Made by a program: the position numbers and the translations under genes | In this document: positions 48,271 through 56,243 of the stretch, in pieces | Numbering within the stretch: position 1 is the stretch's first letter | How the letters are laid out: each line of letters begins with the position of its first letter | Assembly: GCA_025924815.1 (NCBI GenBank) | Contig: JAICHQ010000002.1 | Location: forward strand, 13,801-77,800 | Origin: Nocardioides sp. | Lineage (GTDB): Bacteria > Actinomycetota > Actinomycetes > Propionibacteriales > Nocardioidaceae | Direction: 5' to 3' | DNA: 64,000 nt | Notes under the pieces: model-generated | The model's database searches: none | What the model was told of the DNA's origin: nothing | What the model saw: the letters and a program-made list of their open reading frames with translations, nothing else

Positions 48271-48611
48271 GAGCCCCGCTGGGCACGTTCGTGCTCGCCA
48301 GGTCCGGCGACAAGGGCGGCGACGCCAACCTCGGCCTGTGGGTCGCCCACGACGGGTCGCCGCGGTACGCCGACCGCGTCACGTGGCTGCTCGCGCTGGT
48401 CACCCCGGACTTCGTGCGCGCGTTCCTGCCCGAAGCCCGGACGCTCGAGGTCGAGACGTTCGCGCTGCCCAACCTCGGCGGCCTGAACGTCGTGCTGGGC
48501 GGCCTCCTGGGCCGGGGCGTCGCCGCGTCGACCCGGTTCGACCCCCAGGCGAAGGGCCTGGGCGAGTGGGCGCGATCGAGGTACGTCGAGATCCCGGAGG
48601 TGTTGCTGTGA
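48267..48611 (+). CDS. AtuA C-terminal domain encoded as a separate ORF
   Basis: ARSGDKGGDANLG, DPQAKGLGE. GTGA overlaps at both ends. Confidence 0.8.
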   Translation: MRAPLGTFVLARSGDKGGDANLGLWVAHDGSPRYADRVTWLLALVTPDFVRAFLPEARTLEVETFALPNLGGLNVVLGGLLGRGVAASTRFDPQAKGLGEWARSRYVEIPEVLL

Positions 48612-49087
48612 GTCGTCTTCCGTTCCTCAAGCCGCTGACCCGCGAGGTCTCGGTCCACGTCGACGCGCCGCCGTCCGCGTTGTGGGCGCTGGTGAGCGAC
48701 GTGACCAGGATCGGGGAGTTCTCGCCGGAGACGTTCGAGGCCGCATGGACACGCGGGTCGACCGGTCCGGAGGTCGGCGCGTACTTCAAGGGTCACGTGA
48801 AGCGCAACGGCGTCGGGCCGACCTACTGGTCGCCGTGCCGGGTCACCCGGTGCGTGCCCGACGAGGTCTTCGAGTTCTCGGTCGGGACCAAGGAGATGAC
48901 GCTCAACAACTGGGGCTACCGGCTCGAGCCCGACGGCGACGGCACGCGGATCACCGAGTACTTCCGGATCGAGCCGTCGCTGGTGATGCGCGCCTACTGG
49001 GCGGTGCTCGGGCCGCTGCGCGGCCGCACCAACGAGCACGGGATGCGCACGACGCTGGAGCGGATGAAGGCGGTCCTCGAGGGATGA
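48608..49087 (+). CDS. SRPBCC family protein
   Basis: LWALVSDVTRIGEFSPE, WGYRLEP, MRTTLERMK. Confidence 0.88.
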   Translation: MSRLPFLKPLTREVSVHVDAPPSALWALVSDVTRIGEFSPETFEAAWTRGSTGPEVGAYFKGHVKRNGVGPTYWSPCRVTRCVPDEVFEFSVGTKEMTLNNWGYRLEPDGDGTRITEYFRIEPSLVMRAYWAVLGPLRGRTNEHGMRTTLERMKAVLEG

Positions 49088-50667
49088 GCGCCACCCACCG
49101 CGAGGCGATGCTGGCCAAGCTCGAGGACCTCGACGCCGAGCAGGCCAAGGCCGTGGGCGGCGGCGGGCCGAAGTACGTCGACCGACACCACGCGCGGGGC
49201 CGGCTCCTGCCGCGGGAGCGGATCGAGCTGCTGGTCGACCCGGGCAGCGCATTCCTCGAGCTCAGCCCGCTGGCCGGCTGGGGATCGGACTTCGCGGTCG
49301 GCGCGAGCGTGGTCACCGGCATCGGGGTGGTCGAGGGCGTCGAGTGCCTGATCACCGCGAACGACCCGACGGTCAAGGGCGGGGCGAGCAACCCGTGGAC
49401 GGTCAAGAAGGTCTTCCGGGCGGCGCAGATCGCGGAGGAGAACCACCTGCCGACCATCTCGCTGGTCGAGTCGGGCGGCGCCGACCTGCCGACGCAGAAG
49501 GAGATCTTCATCCCCGGCGGCCGGCTGTTCCGCGACCTGACCCGCGCATCGGCCCGCAAACAGCCCACAGTCGCGCTCGTGTTCGGCAACTCCACAGCCG
49601 GGGGCGCCTACGTGCCGGGGATGTCGGACTACACGGTCATGGTCAAAGGGCAGGCGAAGGTGTTCCTGGGTGGCCCGCCTCTGGTGAAGATGGCCACCGG
49701 TGAGGAGGCGGACGACGAGTCACTCGGCGGCGCGTCCATGCACGCGCGCATCTCCGGCCTGGCCGACTACCTGGCGGAGGACGAGCGCGACGCGATCCGG
49801 ATCGGGCGCCGGATCATCGCCCGACTCAACCGGCGCAAGCCCGTGGTCCCGACAGGCTCGACCGACGGTTGGGCCGAGCCGGACGCCGATCCCGACGGGC
49901 TGCTCGACCTGATCCCGAGCGACCTCAAGGAGCCGTTCGACCCCCGCGAGGTGATCGTGCGGATCTGTGACGGGACGAGCCCGGGCAACGCACGGCCGTT
50001 CGACGAGTTCAAGCCGCTGTACGGCGCCTCGCTGGTCACCGGTTGGGCGCGGATCCACGGCCGGCCGATCGGGATCCTGGCCAACGCGCAGGGGGTCCTG
50101 TTCAGCGAGGAGGCTCAGAAGGCGACCCAGTTCATCCAGCTCGCCAACCAGGTCGACACACCGCTGCTGTTCCTGCACAACACCACCGGCTACATGGTCG
50201 GCGCTGAGTACGAGCAGGGCGGGATCATCAAGCACGGCGCCCAGATGATCAACGCCGTCAGCAACAGCACGGTGCCCCACCTGAGCGTGATCATGGGGGC
50301 GTCGTACGGCGCGGGCAACTACGGCATGAACGGCCGCGCGTACGACCCGCGGTTCCTGTTCACCTGGCCGAGCGCGAAGGCGGCGGTGATGGGCCCGGCC
50401 CAGCTCGCCGGGGTCCTCTCGATCGTGGCGCGCGCGGCTGCGGAGTCGCGCGGACAGGACTACGACGAGCAGGGCGACGCCCAGATGCGCGAGCTCGTCG
50501 AGGCGAGCGTGGAGGAGCAGAGCCTGCCGTTCTTCCTCTCCGGGATGCTCTACGACGACGGGGTGATCGATCCGCGCGACACCCGCACGGTGCTGGGCAT
50601 CTGCCTGTCGGTGATCGAGAACAAGCCGTTCTCCGGCGCCGGTGGCTACGGGGTGTTCCGCACATGA
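49084..50667 (+). CDS. Acyl-CoA carboxylase carboxyltransferase (beta) subunit (AccD2/AtuC-like)
   Basis: ESGGADL, TAGGAY, GGPPLVK.ATGE, GAGNYGM, DGVIDPRDTR. Confidence 0.93.
   Translation: MSATHREAMLAKLEDLDAEQAKAVGGGGPKYVDRHHARGRLLPRERIELLVDPGSAFLELSPLAGWGSDFAVGASVVTGIGVVEGVECLITANDPTVKGGASNPWTVKKVFRAAQIAEENHLPTISLVESGGADLPTQKEIFIPGGRLFRDLTRASARKQPTVALVFGNSTAGGAYVPGMSDYTVMVKGQAKVFLGGPPLVKMATGEEADDESLGGASMHARISGLADYLAEDERDAIRIGRRIIARLNRRKPVVPTGSTDGWAEPDADPDGLLDLIPSDLKEPFDPREVIVRICDGTSPGNARPFDEFKPLYGASLVTGWARIHGRPIGILANAQGVLFSEEAQKATQFIQLANQVDTPLLFLHNTTGYMVGAEYEQGGIIKHGAQMINAVSNSTVPHLSVIMGASYGAGNYGMNGRAYDPRFLFTWPSAKAAVMGPAQLAGVLSIVARAAAESRGQDYDEQGDAQMRELVEASVEEQSLPFFLSGMLYDDGVIDPRDTRTVLGICLSVIENKPFSGAGGYGVFRT
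49845..49867 (+). repeat. REP-like motif GGTCCCGACAGGCTCGACCGACG inside the carboxyltransferase gene
   Basis: 21/23 identical to the fadB copy, in the same reading frame. Confidence 0.65.
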
Positions 50668-52634
50668 TCAGCCGGTTGCTGGTCGCCAACCGGGCCGAGG
50701 TCGCCAGCCGGGTGTTCCGCACCTGTCGCGACCTCGGCATCGAGACCGTCGCCGTGCACTCCGACGCCGATGCCGTGCTGCCCTACGTCCGCGAGGCCGA
50801 CCTGGCGGTGCGCCTGCCCGGGAACGCGCCCGCCGAGACGTACCTGCGGTCCGAACTGCTCGTGCAGGCCGCGCTCCGGTCGGGGGCCGACGCCGTCCAC
50901 CCCGGCTACGGCTTCCTGTCGGAGAACGCGGACTTCGCGCGGGCCGTGATCCGGGCCGGCCTGACCTGGGTCGGTCCCTCACCGGAGTCGATCGAGGCGA
51001 TGGGGTCGAAGGTCCGGGCCAAGGAGCTGATGCGGGCGGCCGGCGTACCGGTGCTGACCGTGCCCGAGCCGCCGACCGTGGGCGACCTGCCGCTGGTCGT
51101 CAAGGCGTCCGCCGGTGGTGGCGGCCGGGGCATGCGCGTGGTCCACGACCTCGACCGTCTCGATGACGAGCTCGCCGCTGCGCGGGCCGAGGCGGAGTCG
51201 GCGTTCGGCGACGGAACGGTCTTCGTCGAGCCCTATGTCGAGCGTGGGCGACACGTGGAGGTGCAGGTCGTGGGCGACAGGCACGGCACGATCGGGATCT
51301 ACGGCGAACGGGACTGCTCGCTGCAGCGCCGTCACCAGAAGGTGCTCGAGGAGAGCCCGGCCCCCTGCCTCCCGGACGCCACCCGCGTCACGCTGCACGA
51401 GGCAGCGCGGTCGGCGGCCGCGGCGGTCTCCTACATCGGCGCGGGGACGGTGGAGTTCCTCTACGACCCCGCCGCCGACCGGTTCTTCTTCCTGGAGATG
51501 AACACCCGGCTCCAGGTCGAGCACCCGGTCACCGAGGAGGTGCACGGGATCGACCTGGTCGCGCTGCAGCTCCAGGTCGCGGAAGGAGGGTCGTGTGTCC
51601 CAGACCGCGCTGGAGCGCGTCCCCCGGCACACGACCTCGCAGCCCCGTCGGGCCACGCGATCGAGGTGCGGCTGTACGCCGAGGACCCTGCGGCCGGCTA
51701 CGCCCCCCAGACCGGCACGCTGACCACCTTCGAGATCCCGGACGCGGCCGGGCTGCGGGTCGACGCCGGCGTGGAGACCGGCAGCGATGTGTCGACGTAC
51801 TACGACGCTCTCCTGGCGAAGGTGATCGTCCACGCGCCGAGTCGCGAGCGGGCGGTGCGCAGGTTGGCCGGTGCCCTCGCCCGGGCCCGCATCCACGGCG
51901 TACGGACCAACCGCGACCAGCTGGTGGCTCTGCTCCGCGACCCCGACTTCCGCGCCGGCCAGGTGTCCACGGCGTTCCTCGAGGAGCATCCGCCGCCCGC
52001 CACACGGCCGCCCGGTGACCACGCCGTCGCGGCGGTACTGGCCCTCGCGGAGCAGAGCCGGGCGAACAGGACAGTCCAGCACGGCATCCCGGTCGCCTGG
52101 CGCAACGTGGTCAGCCAGCCCCAACGCACGCTGGTCTCGACCGGCGCGACCGGCTCGACTCGCGGGGTACCGCCCGACCCGATCGTCGTGGAGTGGTGGG
52201 GCGGCAGGGACGGCTACCTCGTCGACGGGCTCACCGTCGTCAGCGCCGCCCGAACCGGGGTGACGCTGGAACGTGACGGCGTGTCGACGACGTACGCCGT
52301 CACGATCGCCGGCGACCGCGTCGACGTCGACGCGCCGTCCGGGCACGTCGCGCTGACCCTCGTGCCGCGGTTCGCCGACCCGGCCGATGCGGTGGCGAGC
52401 GGCTCCCTGCTGGCCCCCATGCCCGGCACCGTCGTCAGCGTGGCGGTCGCAAAGGGTCAGTCGGTGGAGGTGGGCCAGCCCGTGCTGACCCTCGAGGCGA
52501 TGAAGATGCAGCACACCGTGCGCGCACCGGCTGCCGGCACGGTGACCGCGCTCGACGTACTCCCCGGTGCGCAGGTCGCCGCCGGGGAGGTCCTGGCCGT
52601 GGTCTCGGCCGACGACACCGACGAGGAGAGATGA
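50664..52634 (+). CDS. Biotin carboxylase / biotin carboxyl carrier (alpha) subunit
   Basis: ANR.E, HPGYGFLSEN, GGGGRGM, EMNTRLQVEH, EAMKM. Confidence 0.94.
   Translation: MISRLLVANRAEVASRVFRTCRDLGIETVAVHSDADAVLPYVREADLAVRLPGNAPAETYLRSELLVQAALRSGADAVHPGYGFLSENADFARAVIRAGLTWVGPSPESIEAMGSKVRAKELMRAAGVPVLTVPEPPTVGDLPLVVKASAGGGGRGMRVVHDLDRLDDELAAARAEAESAFGDGTVFVEPYVERGRHVEVQVVGDRHGTIGIYGERDCSLQRRHQKVLEESPAPCLPDATRVTLHEAARSAAAAVSYIGAGTVEFLYDPAADRFFFLEMNTRLQVEHPVTEEVHGIDLVALQLQVAEGGSCVPDRAGARPPAHDLAAPSGHAIEVRLYAEDPAAGYAPQTGTLTTFEIPDAAGLRVDAGVETGSDVSTYYDALLAKVIVHAPSRERAVRRLAGALARARIHGVRTNRDQLVALLRDPDFRAGQVSTAFLEEHPPPATRPPGDHAVAAVLALAEQSRANRTVQHGIPVAWRNVVSQPQRTLVSTGATGSTRGVPPDPIVVEWWGGRDGYLVDGLTVVSAARTGVTLERDGVSTTYAVTIAGDRVDVDAPSGHVALTLVPRFADPADAVASGSLLAPMPGTVVSVAVAKGQSVEVGQPVLTLEAMKMQHTVRAPAAGTVTALDVLPGAQVAAGEVLAVVSADDTDEER
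51589..51636. repeat. 48-bp palindromic element in-frame within the biotin carboxylase gene
   Basis: GGTCGTGTG...CACACGACC arms with an inner CGCGCT/AGCGCG stem. Confidence 0.65.
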
Positions 52635-53816
52635 GTGAACAGATACACCGAGTCCGACGAGCGGCGGGCCCTGCGACGCGAGGTCGCCAAGCTGGCCGGG
52701 ACGTACGGCCGCGAGTGGTTCACCCAGAAGGCACGCGCGGGCGAGAAGACCACCGATCTCTGGCTCGAGATCGGACGCGCCGGCTACCTCGGCGTCAACA
52801 TCCCGGAGGAGTACGGCGGGGGTGGCGGCGGCATCGGTGATGTCGCCGCGGTATGCGAGGAGCTGGCGGCCCAGGGCTGCCCGCTGCTCCTGATGGTCGT
52901 CAGCCCGGCGATCTGCGGCACGATCATCAGCCGCTTCGGCACCGACGAGCAGAAGCGGCGCTGGCTTCCCGGCATCGCCGACGGCACCGGGACGATGGCC
53001 TTCGCGATCACCGAGCCCGACGCCGGCATCAACACCCACAACATCACCACGTCCGCCCGCCGCGAGCCGGCGACCGACTCGGGCCTCGAGGCCGGGTGGG
53101 TGCTCAACGGCCGCAAGATCTTCATCTCCGGCATCGACGAGGCCGACCACGTGCTCGTGGTCGCGCGCACCGAGGATGCGGCGACGGGTCAGGTGAAGCC
53201 GGTGCTGTTCGTCGTCCCGACCGACGCCGACGGGCTCGAGGCACGCCCCATCCCCATGGAGATCGTCAGCCCGGAGCAGCAGTTCCAGGTGTTCCTCGAC
53301 GACGTGCGGCTCCCCGCCGACGCCCTCGTGGGCGACGAGAGCGGCGGGCTGGCGCAGCTGTTCGCCGGGCTCAACCCGGAGCGGATCATGGCCGCGTCGT
53401 TCTCGACGGGGCTGGCCAGGTTCGCCCTGGACCGGGCCGCGGCGTACGCCCGGCAGCGCACGGTGTTCCGCGGTCCGATCGGCACCCATCAGGCCATCGC
53501 CCACCCGCTCGCGCAGTCGAAGATCGAGATCGAGCTCGCCCGGCTGATGACCCAGAAGGCGGCCGCGCTGTGCGACGCGGGCGACGACGCCGGCGCCGGT
53601 GAGGCCGCGAACATGGCCAAGTACGCCGCCGCCGAGGCCGCCTGCGACGCCGTCGACCGCGCGGTCCAGACCCATGGGGGCAACGGGATCACCCAGGAGT
53701 ACGGCATGGCCGGGCTCCTCGTCGCGACGCGCGCCGGCCGGATCGCGCCGATCTCGCGCGAGATGATCCTGAACTTCGTGGCGATGCACTCGCTCGGGCT
53801 GCCGAAGAGCTACTGA
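52635..53816 (+). CDS. Acyl-CoA dehydrogenase
   Basis: FAITEPDAG, NGRKIFIS, LNPER, QTHGGNG. Confidence 0.93.
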   Translation: MNRYTESDERRALRREVAKLAGTYGREWFTQKARAGEKTTDLWLEIGRAGYLGVNIPEEYGGGGGGIGDVAAVCEELAAQGCPLLLMVVSPAICGTIISRFGTDEQKRRWLPGIADGTGTMAFAITEPDAGINTHNITTSARREPATDSGLEAGWVLNGRKIFISGIDEADHVLVVARTEDAATGQVKPVLFVVPTDADGLEARPIPMEIVSPEQQFQVFLDDVRLPADALVGDESGGLAQLFAGLNPERIMAASFSTGLARFALDRAAAYARQRTVFRGPIGTHQAIAHPLAQSKIEIELARLMTQKAAALCDAGDDAGAGEAANMAKYAAAEAACDAVDRAVQTHGGNGITQEYGMAGLLVATRAGRIAPISREMILNFVAMHSLGLPKSY

Positions 53817-53863
53817 GCTGCCGACCCTACGCTGCTCCCAAGTCCTCGGGGGGAGGAGACACC

Positions 53864-54763
53864 GTGGCGACATCCTGGCGCTACGTCACCGACGGCGGCA
53901 TCGAGACCGACCTGATCTTCAATCACGGCGTGGACCTGCCCGAGTTCGCGGCGTACCCGCTGGTGCGCACCGACGAGGGCCGCGCGCTGCTGCGCACCTA
54001 CTACGAGGGGTACCTGCGTATCGCCGAGGTGGCCGGAGCCGGGCTACGGCTGGAGTCGCCCACCTGGCGGGCGAACCCCGACTGGGGCGCGTTGCTCGGT
54101 GACGACGCGCGGACGCTCGATGCGGACAACCGGGCGGCGATCGAGCTCCTGCGCGACCTGGCGGGTGAGTGGAGCGACCGGGTCGCAGCGATCAGGGTCA
54201 TCGGGACGATCGGGCCACGCGGGGACGGTGACGCACCGGGCAGTTCGTCGAGACCCGACGAGGCCGCTGAGTACCACGCGGCCCAGATCGGGTCGTTCGC
54301 GGCGGCCGGAGCCGACGAGGTCGCGGCCTTGACGCTGACGGACACCCGGGAGGCGCTCGGGGTGGCGCGGGCGTCCGCCGCAGCCGGGATCCCCGCCGCC
54401 GTCTCGTTCACCGTCGAGACCGACGGCCGGCTACTCGACGGAACGCCGCTGGGCGACGCCGTGGCGAGTGTCGACGCCGACACGCCTCCGGCGTACTTCA
54501 TGGTCAACTGCGCCCATCCGCAGCACCTGCTCCCGGCGTTCGACGAGCCCGGCCCCTGGGTCGAGCGCATCCGCGGCGTCCGCGCCAACGCCTCCACCCG
54601 GACCCATGCCGAGCTCGACGAGGCCGAGACCCTGGACGAGGGTGACCTGGGCGTCCTCGTGTCGTCCCACCGCGCGCTGGAGCAGTGGCTGCCGGCGCTG
54701 GAGATCGTGGGCGGCTGCTGTGGGACCGATGCCCGACACGTCGCCGCGCTGTGGGGCGTGTAG
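53864..54763 (+). CDS. Homocysteine S-methyltransferase family protein
   Basis: DGGIET, VNCAHP, GGCCGT zinc ligands. GGAGG RBS. Confidence 0.9.
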   Translation: MATSWRYVTDGGIETDLIFNHGVDLPEFAAYPLVRTDEGRALLRTYYEGYLRIAEVAGAGLRLESPTWRANPDWGALLGDDARTLDADNRAAIELLRDLAGEWSDRVAAIRVIGTIGPRGDGDAPGSSSRPDEAAEYHAAQIGSFAAAGADEVAALTLTDTREALGVARASAAAGIPAAVSFTVETDGRLLDGTPLGDAVASVDADTPPAYFMVNCAHPQHLLPAFDEPGPWVERIRGVRANASTRTHAELDEAETLDEGDLGVLVSSHRALEQWLPALEIVGGCCGTDARHVAALWGV

Positions 54764-54787
54764 CGGTCACCCAGGGTCGGCGCAGGA

Positions 54788-55354
54788 TCAGCGGAGGGGC
54801 ACGAACCGGTAGGCACCGTGCCGGGTGATGCCCACGCCCCGCATCGAGCGCGAGACCCGCAGCATCGTCCCGTCGACCGGCACCACCATCACGCCGCCGG
54901 TGTGCAGTTGTTCCACGAGCTCCTCGGGCAGCTCGCGCGCCATCGCCGAGACCAGGATGCGGTGGTACGGCGCGGCTCCGGGCAGGCCCAGCACGCCCGG
55001 CGTCGCCTCGTGGATGCTCGCCCAGGGCACCCCCGCCGCGTCGAGGTGGCGGGTGCCGAGCTCGACCAGCTCGGCCTCGAGCTCGACGCCCAGCACCCGT
55101 CCGGTCGGTCCGACCAGCCGCGCGAGGAGGGCGGCCGTCCAGCCGGATCCGGACCCGACGTCGAGCACCTTCTGCCCCGGCCGCACCTCGAGCAGCCGGA
55201 GCATCGTCTCCACGGTGCGGGGCTGGGAGCTGGTCTGGCCGTGGCCCAGCGGCAGTGGCCCGTCGTACGCCGCACGCCGCCGCTGGTCGGCCGGCAGGAA
55301 GTCCGCCCGCGGGGTGGCCGCGAACGCCTCCGCCACCGGGTCACCGTCTCCCAC
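54788..55354 (-). CDS. pcm: Protein-L-isoaspartate O-methyltransferase family
   Basis: GQTSSQP, VLDVGSGSGW, APYHRI.VSA, RFVPL. Confidence 0.88.
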   Translation of the reverse strand: MGDGDPVAEAFAATPRADFLPADQRRRAAYDGPLPLGHGQTSSQPRTVETMLRLLEVRPGQKVLDVGSGSGWTAALLARLVGPTGRVLGVELEAELVELGTRHLDAAGVPWASIHEATPGVLGLPGAAPYHRILVSAMARELPEELVEQLHTGGVMVVPVDGTMLRVSRSMRGVGITRHGAYRFVPLR

Positions 55355-55383
55355 CCCACCACGCTATGTCGCCCTGGACCGGC

Positions 55384-55443
55384 AGTCCCCGACGAGATGG
55401 CTGTCTTTCGACCCGGATCACGACCACTTTGTCGGGGACTATC
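55384..55443. repeat. 57-bp palindromic element, copy 2 (contains the DUF1295 stop codon)
   Basis: AGTCCCCGACGAGATGGCTGT...CGACC...GTCGGGGACTATC matches the reverse complement of 45468-45528. Confidence 0.8.
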
Positions 55444-56224
55444 CGGAAATGCGGCGAGGAGGGCGGGGGACGAAGAGGGGGACGCGGGCGGCGTACTCGT
55501 CCCAGCCGGGCCGCTGCGACATCGTCTTCTCCAACAGCTTGGCCCCAGTGACGTTGCGGACGAAGTGCGTCATCGCGACCGGGGCGAGCACCGTGACCAG
55601 GCCGGGCCAGAGGCCGGTCGCCGCGCCGCCGGCGAGCCAGATGCCCCACCAGAGCAGGGCGTCGCCGAAGTAGTTGGGGTGGCGGGTCCAGCCCCACAGG
55701 CCGCGGTCCATGACCGGGCCGCGGTCCGGGTCCTGCTTGTACGCCGCGAGCTGGGCGTCGCCGACCGCCTCGAAGAGCACCCCGGCGGCCCAGACGACGA
55801 CGCCCACCCACACCATCCACGTCACCGCGACGTCCTCGCTGGCGGCGGCCAGGACCGGCAGCGACAGCAGGCAGATCGCCAGGCCCTGCGGCACGAACAC
55901 CTTGCGCACCGCGGCCCGCAGGCCGCCGCCGCCGAGCAGCTCCGCGTAGCGCGGGTCCTCGCCCCGCCCGTGCGCGCGGGTGAGGATGTGGCGCGACAGC
56001 CGAAGGCCCCACACCAGAACCAGCCCGGCGACCAGCCAGCGCCGCCAGGGCGTCGCCGTGCCGGCGACCGCAGCGGCCACCGCGATCGCGGCGAGCGCCA
56101 GCCCCCAGGTGACGTCGATGACCGAGACCCGTCCGGCGCGGTGCGCGGCGTACGCCGTCAGCACCATCGCGCCCGCAGCGACCCCGATCGCGAGCAGCGC
56201 CAACCCCCACCAGCTGTCGATCAT
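55439..56224 (-). CDS. DUF1295 family membrane protein (steroid 5-alpha reductase-like)
   Basis: IDVTWG, WGLRL, EDPRY, GLWGWTRHPNYFG. Confidence 0.9.
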   Translation of the reverse strand: MIDSWWGLALLAIGVAAGAMVLTAYAAHRAGRVSVIDVTWGLALAAIAVAAAVAGTATPWRRWLVAGLVLVWGLRLSRHILTRAHGRGEDPRYAELLGGGGLRAAVRKVFVPQGLAICLLSLPVLAAASEDVAVTWMVWVGVVVWAAGVLFEAVGDAQLAAYKQDPDRGPVMDRGLWGWTRHPNYFGDALLWWGIWLAGGAATGLWPGLVTVLAPVAMTHFVRNVTGAKLLEKTMSQRPGWDEYAARVPLFVPRPPRRISG

Positions 56225-56243
56225 CGCCCGATCATGCCCTCGG

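Noticed and set aside
52631-52840. ATGA-coupled ATG out of frame with the acyl-CoA dehydrogenase (possible frameshift)
   Set aside because: GTG 52635 lies 6 nt from a GAGGAG SD and gives a full-length ACAD, so no frameshift is needed.
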